Shown here piece after piece: positions 1 to 8,306 of a stretch of 26,649 nucleotides of DNA. The stretch's first letter is position 1, and each line of letters opens with the position of its first letter. Below the pieces are notes generated by a model, which saw only the letters and a list, made by a program, of their open reading frames with translations, was not told where the DNA came from and searched no databases. The DNA comes from a virus (taxonomy: Duplodnaviria; Caudoviricetes). Location: positions 1-26,649 of IMG/VR virus record IMGVR_UViG_3300037851_000504. The stretch is one strand, 5' to 3'. A program made the translations under genes and the position numbers.

Positions 1-10
1 CCGGCGCTCC

Positions 11-1867
11 ATGGATAAAGATATTCTCTCTCCAGCTATCGACATATTTCGCCGCAGCGCAGTCAGCGTGATCGACTATGCGCGCACCGTCGAGCTTCCA
101 GACGGCGATTTCGCTGGAACGCATTATGATCCCACCAGACACCAGGCACAGCATACGATTTTGAGGGCGATAGATTCTGGAGCTAGGTGGGTTGCAATCT
201 GCAAGCCGGTGCAGGACGGCGGATCGCTGGCAGCGTTCATCCCTCTTCTTCGCCGCGCCCACGCGATGGGGCAGACGGTTATTGTTGCATATCCGACAAT
301 GGATCTGGCGAAGGATGCATGGGTCAAGAAGGTCTGGCCGATGCTCGAGCGCCAAGGTGGAGTGACGCCGAAGAATGGCGGCGGCTCTCGCGGCGGCGCT
401 GCGCGCGTAGTCCAGCTGCCGCAGGGCGGCTCGATAATCCTGCGCGCGGCTGGAGGTCGGCAGGAGTCAGGCCAGGCCAGCGTCAGCGCAGATGCAATGC
501 TGGTTGATGAGGTTGACGATTGGGCAGACATGCGAGTGCTCCGATTGATCGAGCGCCGCCTTTCGCGCTCACGCGATCCTCTGATCATATATGTCTCCAC
601 CGTCAAGCGAGACGAGCTTGAGGGCGTAGATCGTTCCCGCATCCTGCGCCTGTACGAGCAAGGGACGATGACCCGCCTGCACTATCCTTGTGCTAAATGC
701 GGAGCACTGTTCGCGTTCGAGTGGGAACAAGTCGATCAGGATGCGTGTGTGATGAGATGCCCGCACTGCTCTGCCGCCCTCGATGATGCCGACCGCATCA
801 AGATGCTCCCGCACGCGAAGCGGTACGATCAGAACCAGACGAAGAAGTTTAGCATCATGTGGACTGCGCTCGAATCTCCGTTCCCGATGCTGGTTGACGG
901 TCAAAAGCTCCCGGTGATTCGCGCATTGTGTTTGGAGCACAAGATCGGGATGGAGGCCGCAGAGAAAGGCGACCACGGTCTTTTGCGGCAGTTCTTCCGC
1001 GACCGATTGTGCCGGACCTACCACGACGAGGAGAACGAGGTTCCGCACACGACAGAGATAGCGTTGGCCTCGCGCAGTGCCTCTGCTGGCCTGCGTCGCG
1101 GGGACATTCCAGAATCGTGCGAGTGCCTGGCGATCGGAGCAGACGTAGGCAAGCGCGACTGCTGGTGGGCTGCTGTTGCGATTGACCGAGATCAGCGCTG
1201 GTGGGTTGTCGATTGGGGTCGCTCAGAAATCGACGGCAGGTCGTCAGAGGGGCGCGCAGACGAGCCGTCACCGCAGGAACGCGCAGCGATGCTCGACAGG
1301 ATGTATGAGCGGACCCTCCGTCTGCGTCGGTGTGATGTCGCGTGTATCGACTGCGGCTACACTCCCGAACTGGTAGTCCCGTGGGCGAGGAAGCGCAAGT
1401 GGCGGCTCGTTCGCGGCGACCAGAGACCAGAGGGCACAGATGCAGTCGCAATCGGCCAGTGGGGCGAGGCGCGAAAGCAGAAGGCCGGTCACACAATCAA
1501 CTTCATTCGCACTGACGAAGTGAAGAAGCTGATGCATTCATGCCTTGCAATAGATCCCGGCAAGCCAGGCGCAGGAATGATTCCGCGCGGAGAGGCAGCG
1601 AACGACTGGATCATCCGGCACCTGTGCTCAGAGACCTGGAGCACGCGGGACGGCTGGGTGAAGATCCGCCCGCAGAACCACCTGCTGGATTGCGTAGTCT
1701 ATGCGCTCGCGTTCTGCCTGGCGCACAAGCGCAAAGCAGAGCAGGCGCAGCGCAGATACGGAATCGCCAGCGGGCCGACGACAGGCCAAGGGCCAGGCGA
1801 GATATCAGCGGAGACGGGCAGCAAGCCCAGGGCGAGGCAGTATGGGATCGTAGGCCACTACGTCTAG
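11..1867 (+). CDS. terL: Terminase large subunit, lambda gpA family
   Basis: Walker A-like CKPVQDGGS, Walker B AMLVDEVD, CAKC...CPHC Zn motif, nuclease IGADVG, C-terminal NHLLDCVVYALA typical of GpA. Confidence 0.92.
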   Translation: MDKDILSPAIDIFRRSAVSVIDYARTVELPDGDFAGTHYDPTRHQAQHTILRAIDSGARWVAICKPVQDGGSLAAFIPLLRRAHAMGQTVIVAYPTMDLAKDAWVKKVWPMLERQGGVTPKNGGGSRGGAARVVQLPQGGSIILRAAGGRQESGQASVSADAMLVDEVDDWADMRVLRLIERRLSRSRDPLIIYVSTVKRDELEGVDRSRILRLYEQGTMTRLHYPCAKCGALFAFEWEQVDQDACVMRCPHCSAALDDADRIKMLPHAKRYDQNQTKKFSIMWTALESPFPMLVDGQKLPVIRALCLEHKIGMEAAEKGDHGLLRQFFRDRLCRTYHDEENEVPHTTEIALASRSASAGLRRGDIPESCECLAIGADVGKRDCWWAAVAIDRDQRWWVVDWGRSEIDGRSSEGRADEPSPQERAAMLDRMYERTLRLRRCDVACIDCGYTPELVVPWARKRKWRLVRGDQRPEGTDAVAIGQWGEARKQKAGHTINFIRTDEVKKLMHSCLAIDPGKPGAGMIPRGEAANDWIIRHLCSETWSTRDGWVKIRPQNHLLDCVVYALAFCLAHKRKAEQAQRRYGIASGPTTGQGPGEISAETGSKPRARQYGIVGHYV

Positions 1868-1875
1868 GAGCGAGC

Positions 1876-3336
1876 ATGATATTCCATCTTTGCATCGGAG
1901 CGGATATCGACCGCGAAAATTTGAGCCGCGATCATTTCATAATCTGCCTCCCAGGTGAAAAGCTCCCGAGCGGCTGTGAAGGGATCGAATGCGGAACGCT
2001 TGCAGAGGCGAACTTCGGAATGCGTCTGCGCTTCTCCAATCCGCGCGACACAGTAAGCAAGCTGCCGTTTCTGGAGGTGCTGCGCGGCAGGACGGAACAC
2101 GCTGGCGTGCGCGACGAGTGGGAACGCGCTCTGCTGTGGCGCGCAAACCAGATCATCGACGAGCTTGGGAACGACCCTTTGGACGCGTGGATGGGAATCT
2201 GCAATATGTATCGGTTGTGGAAGGCGCTTCCGTGCGCCGGATCATCTGACTCACTGCGCAACAGGCACGCTGACGAACCAGCAGTGTGCGTCGGCGCTGG
2301 TCCGACTGCCGAGGATCATCTGGCCGAAGTTGCGGAGAACAGATCGTACCTGCGCGTGTTCGCAACAGACGTCATGGTAAACGCCTGCCTCAAGCACGGG
2401 TTTGAGCCTGACTACATCTGCTCGATCGAGAGGATACAGGGCACGTCGAATGTTTTTCGTTCATTCCCTGTGCTCGAGCAGTCAGTGCTGCTCTGCCCTC
2501 CGATGATCCCGAGCGACTGCGCAGAGAAGGTCAAGCGCGCGATCTTCTGGTTGTCTGGAGACGCCTATGCAAACTGGCTCAGCCAATACAAGCACCGCGA
2601 GTTGAACCCTGGGCCATCCTGCGGGACGCTATCGATCACGGCTGCGATGGAGTGCGGCTGCGGCCCGATATATCTTATCGGCCACGATCTTTCGTATCTC
2701 GACGGCAAGTCGCATTCGGCAAGCTCGCACGCCGAGTGCCAAGCGCATGCAGCGGCGTACCGAGATCCAGGGACGACCTGGTGGAAGCAGGAGCACGATG
2801 CGATAGACTGCTTCGGCCAGCAGTGCAAAACGACCGGCCTCTGGCAGTCGTTCCAGCGGTCGATCGAGGACGAGATCATTCTGCGCGACTACAGGCAGAG
2901 AGAGATCCTAAACGTCAGGCGCAGAGGCGGACTGCCGATCAGCGGGACGCGAGTGGTCCCGTTCGTCGAAACCCACAAGACGAAACTTGCTCCTGTCGAG
3001 GTCGTTCCGTGGTCCGGTCGCAGGCGCATCATGTGGCGGTCTGCCGTTCGCGAGGAGTTCGCAACGGCTTCTCAAAAATGCGCGAGAGTCCATGACGACC
3101 TCCTGGCTGGCAGAATCTCTCCAGAGAAGGCAGCCGAGTCCGCGATGATTTCTGTGCTGTTCAGCCGTGGGAACATTCCGCTCGCCAACTATCTATTGCA
3201 GCAGATCTACAACTCAGCGCATTTCCACTCGGCACGCGGAGCGCCGTTGTGGTGGAATATTCGCAGGACCATGAAATCACTGGCATGCCATACTGCAAAG
3301 CATGTCCAGCTAACCGAGGACTGGCAGGATGACTGA
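1876..3336 (+). CDS. DUF115 / MAF_flag10 (Maf flagellin glycosyltransferase / MptE-like) family protein, 486 aa
   Basis: Motifs PAVCVGAGPT, VFATD, LKHGFEPDYICSIE and GPSCGTLSITAAMECGCGPIYLIGHDLSYLDGKSH match the family pattern; start set at ATG 1876 after AGGAG (1866-1870) instead of track start 1540. Confidence 0.85.
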   Translation: MIFHLCIGADIDRENLSRDHFIICLPGEKLPSGCEGIECGTLAEANFGMRLRFSNPRDTVSKLPFLEVLRGRTEHAGVRDEWERALLWRANQIIDELGNDPLDAWMGICNMYRLWKALPCAGSSDSLRNRHADEPAVCVGAGPTAEDHLAEVAENRSYLRVFATDVMVNACLKHGFEPDYICSIERIQGTSNVFRSFPVLEQSVLLCPPMIPSDCAEKVKRAIFWLSGDAYANWLSQYKHRELNPGPSCGTLSITAAMECGCGPIYLIGHDLSYLDGKSHSASSHAECQAHAAAYRDPGTTWWKQEHDAIDCFGQQCKTTGLWQSFQRSIEDEIILRDYRQREILNVRRRGGLPISGTRVVPFVETHKTKLAPVEVVPWSGRRRIMWRSAVREEFATASQKCARVHDDLLAGRISPEKAAESAMISVLFSRGNIPLANYLLQQIYNSAHFHSARGAPLWWNIRRTMKSLACHTAKHVQLTEDWQDD

Positions 3337-3631
3337 TTACAGAATCCGACAGGCGATCGACGATTGGCTGTGCAACACGGCGATCAATCGGATGAAGTTC
3401 GCAGAGGACGCCAGCGAGCTAGTAGACCTTCCGAGCCTGCTGCTCAAGAGGATCGCAGAAAGATTCTCCGTCAGCGGATCGGACGCAGAGAAAACAATAA
3501 ACACCATACTGGCGGAAAGGGAATCACATGCGCGTAGACATCAAGCACCGGGACCTGCGCCCGACGCTGGAGCCGGTCGCTCCTCTCCCGCAACCACAAG
3601 CCAGCCAGGGCAGGCCACCGGCACGGCCTGA
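3329..3631 (+). CDS. Hypothetical protein, 100 aa
   Basis: ATGACTGA overlap with the upstream stop; helical N-terminal ~65 aa, low-complexity tail overlapping the next ORF. Confidence 0.6.
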   Translation: MTDYRIRQAIDDWLCNTAINRMKFAEDASELVDLPSLLLKRIAERFSVSGSDAEKTINTILAERESHARRHQAPGPAPDAGAGRSSPATTSQPGQATGTA

Positions 3632-3800
3632 CTCCGAGCACATGCTGACGTGCCCAGTGTGCGGAAATCGCTGGAAGGCGAAGGTGCGCAAGACCGTCGC
3701 ACTGCGAAACGGCAGCAGGGTCCGCGTCGATCTCTGCCCGCACTGTCCGCAGCCTAACGGGACGTGGGTGCCCTGGGGCGAGCCGTTCCGGCCAGGCTGA
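3528..3800 (+). CDS. Zn-ribbon protein (Ogr/Delta- or NrdR-N-like), possible late regulator
   Basis: CPVCG...KVRKT...GSRVRVDLCPHC; GGAAAGGGA upstream of ATG 3528; alternative in-frame ATG at 3642 removes the overlap. Confidence 0.65.
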   Translation: MRVDIKHRDLRPTLEPVAPLPQPQASQGRPPARPDSEHMLTCPVCGNRWKAKVRKTVALRNGSRVRVDLCPHCPQPNGTWVPWGEPFRPG

Positions 3801-3803
3801 CGG

Positions 3804-3834
3804 CCCAACTCAGGCTTGCGGAACCTGCCGCAAC
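3804..3834 (+). promoter_or_regulatory. Putative late promoter/operator motif, copy 1 (CCCAACTC-N3-CTTGC-N11-CAAC)
   Basis: Same motif and spacing at 9045-9075; begins 47 nt before ATG 3851. Confidence 0.5.
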
Positions 3835-3850
3835 CCTGCAAGGTTCGGTT

Positions 3851-4063
3851 ATGGCTCGGCCTCTCTCGGAAATAGATGCCGACCTTGCGTCGGTTCGTGC
3901 CGCCATGTCATCCTCGTACTCGTACAAGCAGATGGGATCAGACGGGACCAGCGTGCAGTTCCAGGATCTCAAGGCGCTGATGGACCGGGAGGCTGCGCTA
4001 TTGGCCGAGCGTGCGTGCGCTGCCAGAACGCGGTTCACCCGTGGCCGTCCGATAGGTGTCTGA
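3851..4063 (+). CDS. gpW-like head completion / head-tail joining protein, 70 aa
   Basis: Small helix-hairpin-helix pattern (LSEIDADL...GSDGTSVQFQDLKALMDREAALLAE) directly before a lambda-type portal; start ATG 3851. Confidence 0.7.
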   Translation: MARPLSEIDADLASVRAAMSSSYSYKQMGSDGTSVQFQDLKALMDREAALLAERACAARTRFTRGRPIGV

Positions 4064-4065
4064 TC

Positions 4066-5814
4066 GTGGGGATATTCTCCAGTCTGCTCTCCCGCCTCGG
4101 CTACGAGCGCAAGGAGACGGTGCGCGAGCAGAAGCGCCGCGCCGCGCAATCTGTAATTCAGTCGTGGCTCGGACCATCGTGGTCGCAATCGATGCTCGGC
4201 GTCGGAGGCTCTCTCGGCCTGTCTGGCTACTACTCGACAGACCCGCGCAGGAAGGTCGGAGATCCGATCCAGGAGGTCGGCGGCACGCTCAACCAGCTTC
4301 TTGGCGGCGACCTGTATCGCCTTGCCAGGCAGCTGCGCCAGCTGGATAGGAACAACGCGTCTATCCGCGCGATAATCGAGGGGCACCTGGCAGATCTGAT
4401 CGGGACCGGGATCGGAGTCGCGCCAGACACCGGAGACGAGGATCTGAACCAGCGGATCAAGGCCGAGTGGGACCTAGAGTCTGATAGGCTCGGAGTGTGC
4501 GGCGAATCAGACACCGAGTTGCAGCGCCTCTGGTGCCGCGAGATCGACGTAGCCGGGAACGCGCTCGGTCGTGTCGTCCCCGATGCGCAGCGTCCGCCAG
4601 GGTACGCGCCGATATCGATTCTCCCCCTCGAGGTCGAATGGCTTTCTCCGGTTGGGGAGATCAAGCCAGGAAACTCGTTCTGCGCTGGAGTAGAGTTCGA
4701 CGGTTATGGCAGGCCAGTCGCGTACCATCTGTGCGACCCGAACGGCAATGGGACAGTCGAGCGTGTTGATGCGTCTCTGATAATTCACGGATTCGAGCGC
4801 AAGCGCGCACAGCAGGCTGTCGGCGAGCCGCGCCTCTGTGCGGTTATCGAGCGCGCATTGCAGCGCGCGAGACTGATCGACAGTGAGTTGCGCAGTGCCG
4901 TGAACGCATCGACCCTCTCTACGTTCCTCAAATCGCCCTATCACCATGACGTGACCGACGAGGGCGACACCGACAGTGCCGGGGAGTCTGTCTACCTCAC
5001 CGAGTTCCCGCTAGGCACACACGCGAATCTTGCGCCAGGCGACGAGATCGGAGTGGTGAAGTCAGATCGTCCGAACATGGAGGTCCAGGATTTCGCACGC
5101 GCTCTCGACGGCGACATTGCAGCTGCCGCGTCGTCATCGCGCGTGTGGCTCGACAGAGACGGCTCGCAATACAACTTCGCGAACAGCAGATTCGATCAGA
5201 TCAGGACAAACATGCTCGTTCGCCCGTACCAGATGTGGTTCGGGAAGGCGTGCGCTGGCAGGGTGTACGAGATATATCTGCCGTTCATTCTTGCCAGGCT
5301 GGGAATATCGCCCAGGCCAGGAATATCCCGATACAGGCTACAGCCAGATATCCCGCAGGAGACTGACGAGAAGGCCAGTGCCGACGCGCTTGCGCGCATG
5401 CAGGCGTCCGGCGTGACCACTCGCGACGACTGGCTTTCCCAGCGCGGCAAGGACTGGCGCAAAATAGCGGAACAGGCGCACATAGAGCAGCTGGAGTCCG
5501 ACGCCCAGGCTGTGAACCGGATCAAGGCAATCTCCGAAAAAATCAAGGAAGCCGGTCTCGATATCCCGCTTGCAACAGCGCTTGCTGTCGCAGGCACGTC
5601 TGGAGCGATTGACCCAGGCACTCTGAACTCGATCGCGTTCGGCAGCCAGGCCAAACAGCCAGAAGCCGAGGATGCAGACGTGAAGGAGCAGGAGGAGCAA
5701 GACGAGGAGTCACGCATACTGCGTCTTGTCGAGGCGCGAGCCAGAGTCGCGCAGCGCAAGCCGATCTCCTTCAAGCGTGACGAGCGGACAGGTCTGATCG
5801 TAGGTGCAGAATGA
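4066..5814 (+). CDS. Phage portal protein, lambda family, 582 aa
   Basis: RQLDRNN...LIGTGI, GVEFDGYGRPVAYHL, IIHGFERKRAQQAVGEP, YNFANSR, RGKDWRKIAEQ; GTG 4066 lies 2 nt after the gpW-like stop. Confidence 0.92.
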   Translation: MGIFSSLLSRLGYERKETVREQKRRAAQSVIQSWLGPSWSQSMLGVGGSLGLSGYYSTDPRRKVGDPIQEVGGTLNQLLGGDLYRLARQLRQLDRNNASIRAIIEGHLADLIGTGIGVAPDTGDEDLNQRIKAEWDLESDRLGVCGESDTELQRLWCREIDVAGNALGRVVPDAQRPPGYAPISILPLEVEWLSPVGEIKPGNSFCAGVEFDGYGRPVAYHLCDPNGNGTVERVDASLIIHGFERKRAQQAVGEPRLCAVIERALQRARLIDSELRSAVNASTLSTFLKSPYHHDVTDEGDTDSAGESVYLTEFPLGTHANLAPGDEIGVVKSDRPNMEVQDFARALDGDIAAAASSSRVWLDRDGSQYNFANSRFDQIRTNMLVRPYQMWFGKACAGRVYEIYLPFILARLGISPRPGISRYRLQPDIPQETDEKASADALARMQASGVTTRDDWLSQRGKDWRKIAEQAHIEQLESDAQAVNRIKAISEKIKEAGLDIPLATALAVAGTSGAIDPGTLNSIAFGSQAKQPEAEDADVKEQEEQDEESRILRLVEARARVAQRKPISFKRDERTGLIVGAE

Positions 5815-6203
5815 ACGTATCCTCACAACACCTCGCAGCAGTGCTGCTTTCCCGTGGGATGCTCGGCCTATCACCGACCGACGAGCCGCTCATGGCGAGC
5901 CTTCATTCGGCAGATCCAGGAGAATACGGAGAGCAGATCCAGGCTGAGGTGCGCTACGATGGATACTCCAGGCACACTCTAGGACGCAGCGAGTCCGACT
6001 GGACGATCAACGAGCAAGGTGCATTCGTCTACAGTGCCGGAATCAGCTTCGGCCTCTGTCGCAGCAATAGTCCGCAGACGGCCAGGTTCCTCTGCCTGTC
6101 TATCGGAGACAGGGTGTTTGAAAAGTTCGAGGTCACAGGCCAGATAGGTCTAGGCGTCGATGTCGTGGTACCGCAAAACACCATAACAATATACCCGGTG
6201 TAA
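5811..6203 (+). CDS. Phage virion protein of the LHTADPGE...Y.GY.R family (often labelled tail fibre protein)
   Basis: SLHSADPGEYGEQIQAEVRYDGYSR...WTI motif; ATGA overlap with portal. Confidence 0.65.
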   Translation: MNVSSQHLAAVLLSRGMLGLSPTDEPLMASLHSADPGEYGEQIQAEVRYDGYSRHTLGRSESDWTINEQGAFVYSAGISFGLCRSNSPQTARFLCLSIGDRVFEKFEVTGQIGLGVDVVVPQNTITIYPV

Positions 6204-6205
6204 AC

Positions 6206-6613
6206 ATGGCTAACGCACTCTATCCGAAGTGGAAGGAAGCTCTCCTCCAGGCTTCCTCCGACTCTGCTCTGACCGGCACGGTCAAGGTCGCCTTGATCGA
6301 TACCGGAACGTACACCTACTCTGCAACGCATCAGTATTATTCCGACCTGTCGGGAGTGGTCGGAACTCCGGTTGCGATCTCGAGCGGCAAGACGTACACC
6401 AACGGCGTATTCGACGGCGATAACATCACCTTCACCGCAGTCACCGGCTCGACCGCAGAGGCCATCGTAATCTATATCGATACCGGAGTTCCAGGCACAA
6501 GCAGGCTCGTCGCATACGTCGATACCGGATACACTGGCCTGCCGGTGACACCGAACGGGGGAGATATCTCGATCACATGGGACAGTGGCGCAAACAAGAT
6601 ATTTGCGCTGTAG
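6206..6613 (+). CDS. Conserved phage structural protein (minor-tail-like, LPVTPNGGDI family)
   Basis: MANALYPKWKEALL...VKVALID...GVFDGDNITF...GLPVTPNGGDISITWDSGANKIFAL is a recognisable conserved phage pattern. Confidence 0.8.
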   Translation: MANALYPKWKEALLQASSDSALTGTVKVALIDTGTYTYSATHQYYSDLSGVVGTPVAISSGKTYTNGVFDGDNITFTAVTGSTAEAIVIYIDTGVPGTSRLVAYVDTGYTGLPVTPNGGDISITWDSGANKIFAL

Positions 6614-6619
6614 GCAGCC

Positions 6620-7444
6620 ATGGCCGCAATCACGGATCTGTCTGACGCGATCAATCTGGCGACCGGCGGCGGAACATACCAGCCGCAAAAGCCGTTCGTC
6701 CTCAAGACGAACCGCGTCGGTTCTGCTGCTGCCTCTGCTCCTGTCGTCGGGCAGTGGACGAGCTTTTGGGAATACGAGGGCGCACCGTCTGGCGGCGCCG
6801 CTCCTGGCGCGGCGGCTGTGCCGACATCATCCACAACTGGCGCAATACCGCTCACGACTCCGACCGGGGAACTGTGGCTGGCCGGGCTTGAGGTCGCGCT
6901 GAACTATCCAGGGACGCTGCTGCTTTATGACCGCCTGCTCCATTGCAGCGGTCTTTCAGGCACCTCGACTTCGGCGCAGACTGTAGGCGGCACGCTGACT
7001 CGGAATACCGGAGGCGTCGGGAACATCATCTGCGCTGAAGTATATACAATCATCGGCACCACTGGCACCACGATAACGTGCAGCTATACCGACACGTCAG
7101 ACAACTCCGCGACCTCGACCGCGACTGTGATCGGCGGCACGGGATACAGAGAGGCGCAACGCCTCCTGTTCCTTCCGCTCGCAGACGGCGACAATGGAGT
7201 GAAGGCTGTCGCGTCCGCGACCCTGGCAGGCACGACCGGAACGGCTGGTGATTTCGGCATCAATATCATCAAGCCGATTGCGACGGTCGGCATCAACAGT
7301 GGCGGCGGCGGCATCGCAGATTTCATCAGCGGAATCCCCAAGCTGCCAGAGATAGACTCTGGCGCGTGCCTCGCACTCGCGTTTATGCCAGCCACCACAA
7401 ACGCGCTGGTCGGATTCTGCTCCCTGACGATACTGGAGAAATAG
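6620..7444 (+). CDS. Thr/Gly-rich putative virion protein, paralogue A
   Basis: LYDRLLH, AEVYTIIGTT, LPLADGDNGVKAV, TGTAGDFGI motifs; about 21% Ser+Thr by hand count. Confidence 0.8.
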   Translation: MAAITDLSDAINLATGGGTYQPQKPFVLKTNRVGSAAASAPVVGQWTSFWEYEGAPSGGAAPGAAAVPTSSTTGAIPLTTPTGELWLAGLEVALNYPGTLLLYDRLLHCSGLSGTSTSAQTVGGTLTRNTGGVGNIICAEVYTIIGTTGTTITCSYTDTSDNSATSTATVIGGTGYREAQRLLFLPLADGDNGVKAVASATLAGTTGTAGDFGINIIKPIATVGINSGGGGIADFISGIPKLPEIDSGACLALAFMPATTNALVGFCSLTILEK

Positions 7445-7445
7445 C

Positions 7446-8303
7446 GTGGCGATCAGCACGCTGGCCGACTTCAAGGCTGCGCTTGCGGCTCCGCACCAGA
7501 CCGTCTATGCGGTAAAGCAGTTCGGCAACACGAACGGAATACAGGGACTGATTTCGTCCTGGCTGGAGCCTGGCAAGGCTGGCACGGCTCCAACCACTGC
7601 TGCCGCGTGCGACAAGTCAACGACAGGCGCTCTTGCGAACTTCACGAATGCCGGCGGCAGCAACAAGCTGCGCGCAATCGCTCGGTCATTGTATCCGGCG
7701 TGGGCGCTCACGGGGAACATATCGAACCAGACCCTCATCGTGATGGATCGCCTGTGCCATCAAGGCGGCATCAGCGGAACCGCGACTGGTGACATCACCA
7801 CGAATCTCCCGACTGCGGCACTTCCGCGATTCACCGATGGAAAAGGCGTGATGGCGTTCGCAGAAATATATACTGCGATAGGAACGACCGCGACCACGGC
7901 GCGTATCACCTACACGAACCAGGATGGAACTGGGTCGAAGGTCTCACAGGATTTCTCGATCGGCGGTGCGTCTGGAGCGAACACTGGCCGCGCGGCTGGG
8001 ACGTTGTACGCAATCGGACTCGCAGATGGCGATACCGGCGTGAGATCCGTTCAGTCGATAAACGTCACGGCGTCTACCGGAACTGCTGGCGCATATGGTA
8101 TCACGCTCGCCAGGCCGCTGTTCATACTGTCTGCGCCGCAGCTAAACCAATCGCGCCTGCTGTCTCTGTTCGGTGGCGGCGGATGCGCCTGCCCTGTGCC
8201 GAACGACGCATGTCTGATGCTCGTGAGCGCCGGACAGTCGGCAACACCGGCAATATCTGGCGCGATCGGAATGTCGCTAGAACTATACAACAGCACGACT
8301 TAA
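7446..8303 (+). CDS. Thr/Gly-rich putative virion protein, paralogue B
   Basis: GTG start 1 nt after previous stop; VMDRLCH, AEIYTAIGTT, GLADGDTGVRSV, TGTAGAYGI align with paralogue A. Confidence 0.8.
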   Translation: MAISTLADFKAALAAPHQTVYAVKQFGNTNGIQGLISSWLEPGKAGTAPTTAAACDKSTTGALANFTNAGGSNKLRAIARSLYPAWALTGNISNQTLIVMDRLCHQGGISGTATGDITTNLPTAALPRFTDGKGVMAFAEIYTAIGTTATTARITYTNQDGTGSKVSQDFSIGGASGANTGRAAGTLYAIGLADGDTGVRSVQSINVTASTGTAGAYGITLARPLFILSAPQLNQSRLLSLFGGGGCACPVPNDACLMLVSAGQSATPAISGAIGMSLELYNSTT

Positions 8304-8306
8304 ACG

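Noticed and set aside
1540-1875. 112-aa N-terminal extension of the DUF115 ORF
   Set aside because: Overlaps terL out of frame, reads as shadow sequence; good RBS and ATG at 1876
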